IMG/VR virus record: IMGVR_UViG_3300023252_000182
Location: 1-44,365 of that record
Origin: a virus
Lineage: Duplodnaviria > Caudoviricetes
Reading direction: 5' to 3' (one strand)
DNA length: 44,365 bases
The translations under genes were made by a program, and so were the position numbers. Below the pieces are notes generated by a model, which did no database searches, had not been told where the DNA came from, and worked only from the letters and a program-made list of their open reading frames with translations. Within the stretch, counting starts at the first letter, position 1. Every line of letters starts with the position of its first letter. Positions 33,964 through 44,365 of the stretch are shown here, one piece after another.

Positions 33964-36900
33964 ATGGCGAGTGGAACCAACGAAGGCAGCATTGTCTACC
34001 AGGTGGAGCTTGAGTCGCAGGCTTTGCTGGTGGGCCAGCGAAAAATAAATGCCAACCTTGATGAAATGGAAGGGCGCTTCCTCGCTACCGGAAAGTCAGT
34101 TGGGGTTGCTGAGAAATCATTCCTATCTCTGTCTCGGGTGGCTGCAAGTGTCACTGCGGCACTGTCAGTTCAGCAGGTGGCTCAATACGCAAATGCCTGG
34201 GTAGATGCAAGTAACAAATTGGCAAACGCAGTGCGGCCTTCAGAAAATTTGGCCGATGTCACCCAGCGTGTATTTGATGTCTCACAAGATGCTCGCTCAG
34301 AACTCGGAGCTACGTCCGCATTATATGGGCGTCTAGAAAGAGCAACGAGAAGCGCAGGAACTAGTACCGCAGAGCTTACAAAATTGACAACCACCATTAG
34401 TAAGGGGCTGATTGTATCAGGTGCATCGACAGCTGAAGCCAGTTCGACCATGATTCAGCTTTCTCAAGCACTAGCGTCCGGTACCCTTCGAGGTGAGGAA
34501 TTCAATTCGATCTCAGAGAATGGATCACGTTTAGCTGTTGCTCTCGCGGACTCACTTGGGGTTACACAAGGTGAATTGAGGGCTATGGCAGCCCAGGGTA
34601 AGTTAACAACCGATGTTGTTGTTAAAGGGCTGCTAACACAGGGGGATGTAATAGCCAAAGAGTTCAGCAACACAGTAATGACTATGGGGCAAGCATTCCA
34701 GGTAGCGGGCAACAACATCACCAAGTTCGTTGGTGAATCAACATCAGTGCAGACAGGCCTGAAAGTATTCAATGATACGGTTATTTCGTTAAGTGAGAAC
34801 ATTGATATTGCGGCCAGCGTGGTAACTGCTTTTTCTGCTGTTCTTGGTGGTCGGTACGTTGGCGCACTGGCTTTGGCTACCCAGGCAAAAGTAAGTGACA
34901 TGCTGGCCGCGAGGGCTCAGGCAGTAGCTGTGTCCTCTTCAGCAACAGCAGTGGCGAACGCTGCGACTGTAACGACAAGAAAGGCATTATTAGATAAAGA
35001 AGCAGCATTATCATCGCTAGCTTTGGCGCAAGCAGAATATAACGTTGCTAAAGGATCGTCCGCCGAGGCATTTGCTTTAGAAAATCTCAACGCAACAAAG
35101 TCTATTGCCATCCAGCGATCAGCTGCATTTGCTGAAGCTCAGTTGGCACAATCAGCCGCCACGAGAACAGCAACCACGGCGGCAGCGATGGCAACCACGA
35201 CTATTGGCGGGTTGGCAAGAAATGCACTGGCATTAATTGGCGGGCCCACTGGGTTCGCAATGATCGCTGGGGCGGCATTATTCTATTTCTACCAGAAAAC
35301 ACAGCAAGCAAAACAAGAAGCTATCGATTTTTCAGACAAGCTTGATGGTGTGATCGCGAAGATGCGAACCATGAGCAATGTCCAGCTCGCTGCTGAAATT
35401 GATAAGGCAACAAAATCAATAAACGTTCAATCTGGCGAAGTTAAGAATAGCGAAGCGAGATTAGCAGACCTCACATTCAGGCTTGAAAGTGCGAAAGCTG
35501 CAGTTGCGGGTTTAGGTCAGGGCAGCCTGTTTTATTCTGATGCCGTATTAAAGCTCAACCAGCTAGAGAGCGAGCATATTCAATTAACGGCTCAGGTAGA
35601 GTCAGAGCAAACAAAGCTACGTCAAACGGTCAGCAAGGCAGGGATATTACGCGCCCAACTTAATGGCACGCTTGTCCAAGGCATAGATCTGCTCAAGCGC
35701 GATGGACATGAAGCAGGCGTGTCAGCTGGGCTATTTAATCAACTTGGTAGCGCGCTTGATATTGCATCGAAGGCGAAGGATAAATTTAACTCATCCAGTA
35801 TCAAGGTTGATCGCCCACAAAACATTCAGGACTATCTTGATAAACAAGAACAACAAGTTGAACTTCAAAGCGAGCTAAATGACCGGAAAAGGGCTCAACT
35901 TAAAGCCGAGCAAGATATTCGCAACCTAGCTGGAAAAGATAATACGGATGGGGCAAGTAAGGAGCGGCTTGAACAGGACGTTTTACTAGCGCGTGAACGA
36001 GCCGGTGCAGAGTTCGATGCGACGAAAGCCATCCAGGAACAGAAAAAGGCTACTAAAGAGGGGGCTGCGGAAGGTAAAAAAGCAGCCACTCAGGCAGAGA
36101 GTGTTGCTCAGAAGGTAGAAAATCTGCGGCAAAAATCTGAGCTGGCAGCTAGTTCTACACAAGAATTTAGCCGTGAACAAGCGATCCTTACTGCCCAGCA
36201 ATCACTCGGTAAAGGCGCGACGCAAGCACAGGTTACTCTGGCCGGGGAGTATGCCGCTAAAGCATGGGATGCGGCCGCCGCAGCCAAAGGCGTCACTGAG
36301 GCGATCAAGGCTATGCCTGAGAAGGCAGAGAATAAATCCTACGCCGAATCCATGCAGAACCTGAAAGCTGCGCTGGATGCAGGGAAGATTGACCTTCAGG
36401 AGTACAACACCTCCACCGAGAAAATGGCACTGGAGCATCATAACAACTTGGCGAAGATTAACGCCCAGGCTGTAGTTAACCCTGTCGCATCTGCACGTGC
36501 TGAAGTTGATCCGGTTCAGCAGTTGGCGAATGAGAATGCTCAAAAGCTGGCCCTGATGCAGCAGTATCAACAACAGGAGCAGGCGATACTGCTGCAGTCC
36601 TACGCTGCAGGGAAAATCAGCTATGACCAATTCATTATTGCGAAGCAGACGACAGATGCGCAGTATCTCGCTTTGCGCACTGCCCAAGAGAATCAATACC
36701 AGGAGCAGCAGACAGCAGCGCAATGGCAGTTACTGAGCCAACAAAGCCTCGGTTACGACATGTTGACGAGTGCCGTTGACGCATTTGCCGGTAACGCATC
36801 CAATGCAATAACAGGACTAATTACTGGTTCCATGAGTGCAGAAGACGCTCTGAAGTCCCTTGGCAGCACAATGCTAAATAGCGTTGTGAATAGCCTTGTG

Positions 36901-37455
36901 CAAGTTGGTGTTGAGATGTTGAAAAATTTCATCATCCAGCAAGTCATGGGTGGGGCGGCCACTACGGCTGGAGTTGCACAGGCAGGCATCCTTGCTTCAG
37001 CTTGGGCAGCTCCAGCGGCATTAGCATCCCTTGCTTCATTTGGTGGTAACTCAGTTCCTGCAATGGCAGGTATGACTGCAACAGTAGGCCTCGCAAAAGG
37101 TTTGGCTGTGGCGGGCGCGCGCAAGAATGGCGGGCCAGTATCTGCTGGCAGCATGTACCAGGTAGGCGAAGGTGGCATGCCTGAAATCTACCAGGCGTCA
37201 AACGGCAGTCAGTACATGATCCCTGGTGATAACGGTAAGGTGATCAGCAACAAGGACATGCAGGGTGGGGGAAGCGGCATAAACGTGAGTGTGAATATCA
37301 CTAACACCAATGGGTCACTCGTTGATCACCAGGTCAACAGCGATGGAAACGGTGGTATCTCCATGGAGATATTTATCGCTGACATGGACAACGGCGGCCC
37401 TATGAGTCAAGCCGTATCGAGAAACCATCAAGCCCCGCGTAGGGCGACAAACTAA
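33964..37455 (+). CDS. Tail tape measure protein
   Basis: 1163 aa, Ala-rich; QLSQALASGTLRGEEFNSISEN; C-terminal GGPV...VGEGGMPE. Confidence 0.95.
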   Translation: MASGTNEGSIVYQVELESQALLVGQRKINANLDEMEGRFLATGKSVGVAEKSFLSLSRVAASVTAALSVQQVAQYANAWVDASNKLANAVRPSENLADVTQRVFDVSQDARSELGATSALYGRLERATRSAGTSTAELTKLTTTISKGLIVSGASTAEASSTMIQLSQALASGTLRGEEFNSISENGSRLAVALADSLGVTQGELRAMAAQGKLTTDVVVKGLLTQGDVIAKEFSNTVMTMGQAFQVAGNNITKFVGESTSVQTGLKVFNDTVISLSENIDIAASVVTAFSAVLGGRYVGALALATQAKVSDMLAARAQAVAVSSSATAVANAATVTTRKALLDKEAALSSLALAQAEYNVAKGSSAEAFALENLNATKSIAIQRSAAFAEAQLAQSAATRTATTAAAMATTTIGGLARNALALIGGPTGFAMIAGAALFYFYQKTQQAKQEAIDFSDKLDGVIAKMRTMSNVQLAAEIDKATKSINVQSGEVKNSEARLADLTFRLESAKAAVAGLGQGSLFYSDAVLKLNQLESEHIQLTAQVESEQTKLRQTVSKAGILRAQLNGTLVQGIDLLKRDGHEAGVSAGLFNQLGSALDIASKAKDKFNSSSIKVDRPQNIQDYLDKQEQQVELQSELNDRKRAQLKAEQDIRNLAGKDNTDGASKERLEQDVLLARERAGAEFDATKAIQEQKKATKEGAAEGKKAATQAESVAQKVENLRQKSELAASSTQEFSREQAILTAQQSLGKGATQAQVTLAGEYAAKAWDAAAAAKGVTEAIKAMPEKAENKSYAESMQNLKAALDAGKIDLQEYNTSTEKMALEHHNNLAKINAQAVVNPVASARAEVDPVQQLANENAQKLALMQQYQQQEQAILLQSYAAGKISYDQFIIAKQTTDAQYLALRTAQENQYQEQQTAAQWQLLSQQSLGYDMLTSAVDAFAGNASNAITGLITGSMSAEDALKSLGSTMLNSVVNSLVQVGVEMLKNFIIQQVMGGAATTAGVAQAGILASAWAAPAALASLASFGGNSVPAMAGMTATVGLAKGLAVAGARKNGGPVSAGSMYQVGEGGMPEIYQASNGSQYMIPGDNGKVISNKDMQGGGSGINVSVNITNTNGSLVDHQVNSDGNGGISMEIFIADMDNGGPMSQAVSRNHQAPRRATN

Positions 37456-37456
37456 C

Positions 37457-37478
37457 AACCCGCTTCGGCGGGTTTTTT
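37457..37478 (+). terminator. Intrinsic terminator
   Basis: AACCCGC-ttcg-GCGGGTT followed by a T run. Confidence 0.85.
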
Positions 37479-37495
37479 ATTACCGGGAGAAAACC

Positions 37496-37963
37496 GTGGC
37501 AATACCTTATCCCGACTGGCTATCACTTCCCCAAAAGGCCAATAAGGCCCGCACGATTGATACCGGGTTCCGTACTGATCAACCGGCAGTGGGCGCGCCT
37601 ATTTTCCAGCGTCTGACCGATGACCTCAAAACCACCTGGTCACTGAACTGGATTTTCACGCTGCAGGAAGACCGAGCATTTGAGCAGTGGTATCGCAGCC
37701 CGCGCTATCTCGATAATGGCAACCAGTGGTTCACCATGCTGTGCAATCTGGGTGGTTCTGGTCTGCAGGTGCAGGAGCTGCATTTTGTGGCCCCGCCGGT
37801 ACAGACAAGCATCAACGGCAATACGACGACCTGGACGGGGAACGTCATCACTCGGAAGGTTTACAACCCGGATGATGAATTCTCAGACGTTATTGTTGAG
37901 CTGCCGTCTAATCAGTGGGGGATCATTGATGAGGTGGTTAACCGAGACATGCCGGAGTATTAA
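37496..37963 (+). CDS. Distal tail protein-like
   Basis: First gene after the tape measure; GTG start with SD. Confidence 0.7.
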   Translation: MAIPYPDWLSLPQKANKARTIDTGFRTDQPAVGAPIFQRLTDDLKTTWSLNWIFTLQEDRAFEQWYRSPRYLDNGNQWFTMLCNLGGSGLQVQELHFVAPPVQTSINGNTTTWTGNVITRKVYNPDDEFSDVIVELPSNQWGIIDEVVNRDMPEY

Positions 37964-38434
37964 ATGCCAACGTTACGCGAATTTCAGTCTCAGCGGCCTA
38001 ACCGCATTCTGTACGACACTATGACGTTTTATCACTCGACCTTCGGCTATATCCGCCTGGTGAATCGCCAGATTTACCCAAAGACGTTTGCGGGGCAGGT
38101 CTACACGCCGTGCCGGATGGAAGTATCAGAAAGCCAGCAGAGCAACACGCCGGTAATTAATGCCACGGTGAAGTTTGGCCGCCTGGCACAGGACTTTAAG
38201 CAGCAGTTGAAGTTGTGGCGTGCCTATTCGCGGATAACACCTATATCGGCCACATACCAGCGATTTGATGCAGCCGACATGAATACGCCGTTAAAGCCGT
38301 GGACGCTCTACGTTAAAGACGTGTCGATGGATGAGAGCGACGTTACATGTTCGCTGACGCTACAGAACCCACTGAACAACAACATCGCCTTTCTCTACAA
38401 CACCACCGACTTCCCAGGACTTGCCAATGCATAA
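37964..38434 (+). CDS. Minor tail protein (DUF1833-like)
   Basis: Position; C-terminal FPGL motif. Confidence 0.7.
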   Translation: MPTLREFQSQRPNRILYDTMTFYHSTFGYIRLVNRQIYPKTFAGQVYTPCRMEVSESQQSNTPVINATVKFGRLAQDFKQQLKLWRAYSRITPISATYQRFDAADMNTPLKPWTLYVKDVSMDESDVTCSLTLQNPLNNNIAFLYNTTDFPGLANA

Positions 38435-38858
38435 AGCTGATTTTGTGAACGTCATGGAGGGTAAACCGTGGCGCGATAGAGCGTGCTCGTTTGATGCAGT
38501 GGACTGCTGGGGGTTAGTGGTCATGTATTACCGGCATGTGCTCGGTATTGAGATACACCAAACGCCGGACTACGAAGCCGGTAGCGACTTCCTGACGTGT
38601 TTCGCGGGTGATGTTGTGTTCTGGCGGAAGGCAGAGAAGGCCGCCGACAGTAGCATTTTTATCGCGTATTACGGCACTCAGCCAATACACGTTGGACTGG
38701 TGGTCGATGGGCAAGCATTCCACAGCCGTGGCGAAGCGGGGCATGTGCGTTTCGACAAGCTGCGAACGTTAGAAAAGGTGTTCACCAAACTGGAGTTTTA
38801 CGACTATGCCGTTGATCGAGGTTCAGCGTGTGCCGGGGATACCGAAAGAACGGTATAA
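38427..38858 (+). CDS. NlpC/P60 tail assembly protein
   Basis: DCWGLV, HVGL and H motifs. Confidence 0.88.
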   Translation: MHKADFVNVMEGKPWRDRACSFDAVDCWGLVVMYYRHVLGIEIHQTPDYEAGSDFLTCFAGDVVFWRKAEKAADSSIFIAYYGTQPIHVGLVVDGQAFHSRGEAGHVRFDKLRTLEKVFTKLEFYDYAVDRGSACAGDTERTV

Positions 38859-41301
38859 CCTTCCCGCCGGCAGTATGTTCTACCCCTGGCTGAAAGAAGC
38901 CAAACTGCACTGCGATGTTGAAATACGGAGGAATGGAGAGAAGTTAAAACCTGATGATGAGCTGAACTTCCCCCTCAACCAGAACGACATTATCAGTGTG
39001 TTTGACCAACCCAAAGATGGTGTTGTCGGAACTCTACTCAACCCTCTAGAACACTTTAACCCGATAAAATTTACTCAGAAAATCCTTTCGGCACTCATCA
39101 AGCAACCAAGTGCCAACGCAGCCAGTAACAACTCCAAAACCTCACCAAACAACAGCCTCAAAGGGCAGACCAATATTGCCCGCAACGGTGAGGCAAAACC
39201 GGATAACTACGGCCAAGTGAGGGCATTCCCAGACCTGATCCAAGAGTCTCTATTCGAGTACACCAATAACATCAAAAAGGTGACAGAGTGGATGAACTTC
39301 GGGCTGGGGAAATATGACATCACGTCGGTTCGCTATTCAGAATCAAACCTCGGTGCCCTGGCGGGTGCCTCGTACCAGATTTTCCAGCCGGGGCAAAACA
39401 TACCGCTCATCAATGAGGGTTTTGCGTTCGATGACATCGACGGACAGGAGTTACCGGGGCCCAACGAAAGCGAAGACTTCCCTGCGGAAACTGCCACGAC
39501 AACCACTGGCATGGTATCTGGAGAGTTCATCGCTGGGCAGGCCAAGGTAAAGATTAAGCAAAATAGCGAATTCGATTATTTCTATGACCTACCAAAACCG
39601 CACTCAGTTTCGTTCGTTGTTAACGTCACATACAACACTGTTTCAGGCCCTGTAACACGAGACATCACTGTTTTTGCTGATCTTGCTAACGCAACCACGT
39701 CAAACGACGGCGCACCAATAGATCCACAGTATTTCTATGAATTCACTTTTGCCAACCTCAGCGGAAACGACATCAGCCAGATCCCTGGTGACGCGGTAAT
39801 CAACACCACGATTTTCACGCTCAATGATAATGAACCGCTGGTGATTGGGCCTTCGTTTTCACCTGTTGAAGGCACGCAGCTTTGGGTGCATCTACAGGCT
39901 CAATTAGGCCACGGGGACTACGCCAGAACAAGCGTCACATTTTGGAAAGTTGACGAGGACAACAACCAGATTCCTGGCACGCTTGAGAGCTATAACATCG
40001 GCCTGAACAATGACGATGAAAACTCTGACACCAAATACGGGACATTCAAATTTACGCCGGTATCTGGTAGCGGACGTTATGCAGTCACGTTTATTCGCAC
40101 AAACAACAGCAATGATCACTCAGTGCTCAAAGTTGAAGCTGTCCACATCGTCAGAACTCGCAGTAACGTCGTTTACCTTAATGACACACTCGTAACCGTC
40201 ACTGTAACAGCCACTGAGCGGGCAACCAGTGCCAGGGAGCGTAAATATAACGCCCTAATCACCCGCCATGTCATCAGTTACAACCTGAGCACACAGACAG
40301 TCGATTACACAGAACGCCCGTCACGCTCGTTTGCTGATGCTGTGCTGCACACCTGGGTAAAGATGGGAGGACAGGCTGAATCCAGCATCGATATCTATGA
40401 GCTGTACTCAATAGCCGCATCATTACCGGATCCACGGTTAGGCTACTTCGATTTCACATTTGACGATGAGGATATTTCTCTCGGAGCCAGGGTGCAGACA
40501 ATTTGCGATGCGGCCACTGTTACGGCGTTCTGGGATGACGGTGTGTTGTCGTTTACGCGTGACGAGCGTAAGCCAAACGCGGTGACCGTATTCAACCGCG
40601 CCAACACAAAAGCGGAGGATTATAGCCTCTCATATGACATGACGTTACCCGGCGGCTTTGATGGCGTAGAGGTCACATATAAGAACCCGGTAACAAATAA
40701 ACAGGCATTCATTCGTTATCGAATTGTTGGTGACAGGATAGAGGAGGGGGCGGCGGTTAAGCCGAAAAAGTTCAGCATGCTGTATGTGCGGAACTCTTAT
40801 CAGGCGCGTGATAGGGCAATGAAAGAAGTAAGGCGGTTGCTCTATTCCCGACAAACGATGTCGATTAAAGCGCTGGCAGATGGTGAGTGGGTAAACGTCG
40901 GGCAAATGGTTCAAGTAGCGGACACTTATGATGTGAACCAGCAAGCTGGGTATATCAGATCACGACAGGGCAATGACTTTGTTACCAGTGAGCGCATTGA
41001 ATGGCAGGGCGATATGTTTGTCATTGTCACCGATGCACATGGAACACCAACCGAGCGAGTCCAAGCATTCCCCCGCACTGACACGATATTTGGATTTACC
41101 GCAGCAGTCCCAGAAATAACTCTAAATATCTTTGATGGCTACAACGTTCAGTCACCCTCTCGCTATGTCATCGCCACGCAATTGGAGATGGATGCGACCA
41201 AATGGACCATCACAGAAAAGAAACCCAATGGCGACGGGAGCACCTCGTTAACCATGTCCGAATATAACGATGAAATGTATAACTATGAGGTAACTGAATA
41301 A
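38806..41301 (+). CDS. Tail tip / host specificity protein (TipJ-like)
   Basis: 831 aa; YGQVRAFPDL; position. Confidence 0.85.
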   Translation: MPLIEVQRVPGIPKERYNLPAGSMFYPWLKEAKLHCDVEIRRNGEKLKPDDELNFPLNQNDIISVFDQPKDGVVGTLLNPLEHFNPIKFTQKILSALIKQPSANAASNNSKTSPNNSLKGQTNIARNGEAKPDNYGQVRAFPDLIQESLFEYTNNIKKVTEWMNFGLGKYDITSVRYSESNLGALAGASYQIFQPGQNIPLINEGFAFDDIDGQELPGPNESEDFPAETATTTTGMVSGEFIAGQAKVKIKQNSEFDYFYDLPKPHSVSFVVNVTYNTVSGPVTRDITVFADLANATTSNDGAPIDPQYFYEFTFANLSGNDISQIPGDAVINTTIFTLNDNEPLVIGPSFSPVEGTQLWVHLQAQLGHGDYARTSVTFWKVDEDNNQIPGTLESYNIGLNNDDENSDTKYGTFKFTPVSGSGRYAVTFIRTNNSNDHSVLKVEAVHIVRTRSNVVYLNDTLVTVTVTATERATSARERKYNALITRHVISYNLSTQTVDYTERPSRSFADAVLHTWVKMGGQAESSIDIYELYSIAASLPDPRLGYFDFTFDDEDISLGARVQTICDAATVTAFWDDGVLSFTRDERKPNAVTVFNRANTKAEDYSLSYDMTLPGGFDGVEVTYKNPVTNKQAFIRYRIVGDRIEEGAAVKPKKFSMLYVRNSYQARDRAMKEVRRLLYSRQTMSIKALADGEWVNVGQMVQVADTYDVNQQAGYIRSRQGNDFVTSERIEWQGDMFVIVTDAHGTPTERVQAFPRTDTIFGFTAAVPEITLNIFDGYNVQSPSRYVIATQLEMDATKWTITEKKPNGDGSTSLTMSEYNDEMYNYEVTE

Positions 41302-43125
41302 ATGGCTACCACACCAACGACGAATGCAGTACCAAGTGAAGATGTTCGAGATTTAAAATTCAACATTGGGAAAATAGACCAAATCGTCAACACAGATGAT
41401 GAGTTTTATTATGACAGGTTTGGGGTAAAACGAGCCACGGTAGCAGGAGCTGTAAATAATATATCACTAATTGGAAAACCTTACGCTACAAGCGAACTAG
41501 CTCAGATTGACATAGATAATGGAACTATACCCAATAACGGAATATACGGGTTAATTTCATTAAATGATTCCAGAAGCATTGAATTATGGAAGAACAACGC
41601 TGGAACCCCTGAGTTTACCGGTAAGTATGAAGTTGATGGGAGTCTTGTAGAACAATTCATCGCTCTATCTCAGTCAACGGAAAACAGAACTAAGGGGGTA
41701 TTCACGATACAGGATGATAGCGGTAATTTCTGGTTAGTTGATGGAAATGGTCGAGCTGCTTATAAAGTTGAAAATACCGGGAAGAAAATAATGTATGGTG
41801 AAACTGAGCTTGATGAGGTTTTTGTAAAGCAAATACTTAATTTCATTTCATCATCACTTGTTCCTGCTTCTGGTTCATTATATAGACGCGCTACCATTGA
41901 CCCATCAGGAAGAGTGATCGAGGGCGTCAGAATTATTGATAACAAATGGGAATTTGAAGGGATACCATTCTCTAACCGTACAATGCGCGGCAGACTACCA
42001 AATGACATGTTAGTAATCGGCGATTCCCTTGTTTTCAATGGATGGGCTATGTCAGGAACAATTGACATTCCAGGAACTATTTACGCTCCATTGCTCAGCT
42101 CTCTTAGTTGGATTTGCTGGGCATCTATGATGAGTAATGGCCAGATTAAAAATTCTGGTCAATCAGCCACCGGTGGCCATACCACTGCACAGATTTTGGC
42201 TGAGCACGTACCGAAAGCGATCGCATCGGGGGCGACATTCGTTCCGGTGCTCGGTGGTCGCAATGACGTACGTGATGCGACAAACACTAAATTCTCTACA
42301 ACGAAGGCAAATTTTATCTCAATATTTACCAGCCTTTTAAGGGCCGGGATAATTCCTGTCGTATGTACAATGGCAGCGCAAGGGACTGCGGCTAATCCAT
42401 TGTCAGTGGCAGAAAAAATAAAAGAGGCTCAAATTAACGATTTTCTGCAATCATTCGCAAATGACAATGGCTTGCCGATTGTGGACTTCCACACTGCGAC
42501 TGTAGATCCGTTAACTGGGTTTTGGCGGGATGGGTATAATATTGATGTTTCACACCCTAACTCTACTGGCGCTAAGGTCATGGGTGAGACATATACAGCC
42601 GCTATGAAAGAATGGATTTCACCTGCTAAGCCCCGAACCGCCGTATCAACATCAAACCCTGCAACCAGCACAAATCTAAATTCCGACCCTATGTTTTTAC
42701 AATCAACTGCCGGGGTTCCAGTTGGATGGACGACAACAACAGCAGGGACGTCGTCAGTAGCTAGCGATGCTCAGATTAAAGGAAATGCATGGACAATTTC
42801 AGGCAGTGGCAGTGTTGTACCTCGATATGTAAAAACAATATCTGTTGTGCCAGGGCAAAAGATTGGATTTGGTGCAATGCTAAAAGGCGTTTCATCTGAA
42901 AGCTCGTCCCTTGCGTTTTATTTGGTTGAGGGTAACGGTGTTTCGCCAACAAAATACCTGGCCGGGATACGCGGATGGAAAAAGAGCTTTGATTGGGGAT
43001 ATTTCTATTATGAAAGTGTCATTCAAGAGGGCGTTACTCAGATTTCAATTATTGCCAATGTTAATGCAGGTGAATTGAGCATTGCTCAACTTGGCGTGTT
43101 TAATCTAGATAAAGAAATCTATTAA
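41302..43125 (+). CDS. Tailspike with SGNH hydrolase domain
   Basis: Virion-attachment N-terminus VPSEDVRDLKFN; SGNH blocks GDS, GG, GGRND and DVSHP. Confidence 0.82.
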   Translation: MATTPTTNAVPSEDVRDLKFNIGKIDQIVNTDDEFYYDRFGVKRATVAGAVNNISLIGKPYATSELAQIDIDNGTIPNNGIYGLISLNDSRSIELWKNNAGTPEFTGKYEVDGSLVEQFIALSQSTENRTKGVFTIQDDSGNFWLVDGNGRAAYKVENTGKKIMYGETELDEVFVKQILNFISSSLVPASGSLYRRATIDPSGRVIEGVRIIDNKWEFEGIPFSNRTMRGRLPNDMLVIGDSLVFNGWAMSGTIDIPGTIYAPLLSSLSWICWASMMSNGQIKNSGQSATGGHTTAQILAEHVPKAIASGATFVPVLGGRNDVRDATNTKFSTTKANFISIFTSLLRAGIIPVVCTMAAQGTAANPLSVAEKIKEAQINDFLQSFANDNGLPIVDFHTATVDPLTGFWRDGYNIDVSHPNSTGAKVMGETYTAAMKEWISPAKPRTAVSTSNPATSTNLNSDPMFLQSTAGVPVGWTTTTAGTSSVASDAQIKGNAWTISGSGSVVPRYVKTISVVPGQKIGFGAMLKGVSSESSSLAFYLVEGNGVSPTKYLAGIRGWKKSFDWGYFYYESVIQEGVTQISIIANVNAGELSIAQLGVFNLDKEIY

Positions 43126-43135
43126 GGGTGGTTAT

Positions 43136-43828
43136 ATGTTTCAGGTTCTTCAAGGCGCAAATTTTAGCAGCAAATACCCACTGGTTAATCCTGTTCTCGG
43201 ATTGAATGCGGAATCCAGCATTGCAACATGGGGAATGGATGGCAAGACTGATTATAGCAATAACGGGCACTCATTAATTACTGAGAATGAATTTAACAAC
43301 AAGGGAATGGTTTTGGTTCCTGCTGCAGGGAATAACGCAGAAACTGGCGTGGCGGAGCCTGATGATTTTTCATTTGTCATTTGTCTTAACATCCCGTCAG
43401 TTCCCAGCCAGAATGCGTACATCATTTCAAACTTCGCTCCAGCGGCGGCACCGTACGCTGGTATCCGGCTGGTTCAGAGTACCTCCGGCGCGGGCCTGCT
43501 GCACGTCGCTACAGGGTCAGCAACATCACCGACCGTTACTGAAGTGGTCATTCCCAACATCACCGGCGGGGTCACCTACTTCTCAGCGACGATCAGCTCG
43601 TCACTTGTATCCGTGACGCGGGCAAATGGTGATGTTATTGAAGCCCCGATAACCGGCGGGCGCGCTAAAAGTTCAACAACGTTCTTGCTGAACGGCAGTC
43701 CAGTACCAGCAGTCAACTATGGCGCGTCCGGGGTCATGCTCGGACTCGCGTTCTACGATTCAATTTTGACGCCTGAAGAATCTGCAGCGAAGCTGGCCGC
43801 AATGCGTGTCTTAGCTGAATCAAGATGA
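43136..43828 (+). CDS. Tailspike-associated protein, possible LamG/ConA-like fold
   Basis: Beta-rich; DYSNNG and AFYDSILT motifs. Confidence 0.6.
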   Translation: MFQVLQGANFSSKYPLVNPVLGLNAESSIATWGMDGKTDYSNNGHSLITENEFNNKGMVLVPAAGNNAETGVAEPDDFSFVICLNIPSVPSQNAYIISNFAPAAAPYAGIRLVQSTSGAGLLHVATGSATSPTVTEVVIPNITGGVTYFSATISSSLVSVTRANGDVIEAPITGGRAKSSTTFLLNGSPVPAVNYGASGVMLGLAFYDSILTPEESAAKLAAMRVLAESR

Positions 43829-43931
43829 TGGCAGCCGGGATGGAACCCGGCAAAACTATCTTTCTTTACCGATCAGCGCTCTACCATTTTAGCGACAGTT
43901 CGGTCTTCACATCGGTTTTTCCTTACGCCTA

Positions 43932-43951
43932 TACTGTATGCATGAACAGTA
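43932..43951. promoter_or_regulatory. LexA (SOS) box
   Basis: TACTGTATGCATGAACAGTA, strong match to TACTG-N10-CAGTA, upstream of the umuD-like gene. Confidence 0.92.
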
Positions 43952-43972
43952 TTTATTGTGAGGTAAAACACT

Positions 43973-44365
43973 ATGCCATCAAAATTTACCAGTCCAGCGG
44001 CTGACTACGTCGAGAAGCGTTTGAGCCTTGATGAGATCTGCATCATGAGGCCACATGCGACGTATTTCATGCGTGCAGCGGGCCAAGCGATGGCCGTGGG
44101 GATACACGATGGGGCATTACTCGTTATCGACTCGTCTGTAACGCCTGTACACGGAAGCATTATCATTGTGGACGTCGGCGGTGAGCATGTATTGCGGCGG
44201 CTTCGACTGTACCCGTATCGGGCGCTGGAATACGTGGACGGCTCGGGGATGGAGACTATGCTGGGTAACGAAGACGACGGCGAAGGGGTTCAGGTTTTCG
44301 GCGTGGTCACCTGGGCTGCGAACGATATGAGGTCGTGCGAGTTTGATGATGTGCCTGTGATTTAG
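43973..44365 (+). CDS. umuD: UmuD'-like (HumD-like) S24 family protein
   Basis: FTSPAADYVEKRLSLD...ATYFMRAAG; SOS box upstream. Confidence 0.85.
   Translation: MPSKFTSPAADYVEKRLSLDEICIMRPHATYFMRAAGQAMAVGIHDGALLVIDSSVTPVHGSIIIVDVGGEHVLRRLRLYPYRALEYVDGSGMETMLGNEDDGEGVQVFGVVTWAANDMRSCEFDDVPVI

Noticed and set aside
1-44365. att core repeats, reverse transcriptase/DGR, invertase, IS elements
   Set aside because: None recognised; the window ends at gene boundaries, so the att sites probably lie outside it.

Overview
The window is a near-complete lambdoid-type temperate siphovirus prophage of an enterobacterium, running from the integrase stop codon (nt 1) to the stop codon of a terminal umuD-like gene (nt 44365). 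No att core is visible. Gene order: P22-like int/xis; a mosaic left (pL) operon with an MT-A70 methyltransferase, Ead/Eae-like proteins, a PD-(D/E)XK nuclease, a ParB-like protein and many small ORFs; a cI/cro/cII switch with 15-bp operators; KilA-N, a replication initiator with iterons, DUF968, RusA and Q; holin, SAR endolysin and spanins; a HolE (Pol III theta) homologue; terminase, head and tail genes; morons between the tail chaperone and tape measure genes (Panacea antitoxin with a PemK-like partner, an ant/sar/XRE-Arc immI-like region, a membrane protein); tail tip; an SGNH-esterase tailspike; and a LexA-controlled UmuD'-like gene. The most unusual signals are: (1) a ~450-nt densely structured pL leader with boxA but no recognisable N gene; (2) small genes bounded by shared flanking sequences, like cassettes; (3) long DNA palindromes inside antirepressor-type coding regions, tandemly duplicated in ant; (4) a PanA/PemK-like toxin-antitoxin moron; (5) a frame-swapped spanin pair; (6) an amber-interrupted but translationally coupled gene. 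All family calls come from motif recognition by eye; no searches or folding programs were run.
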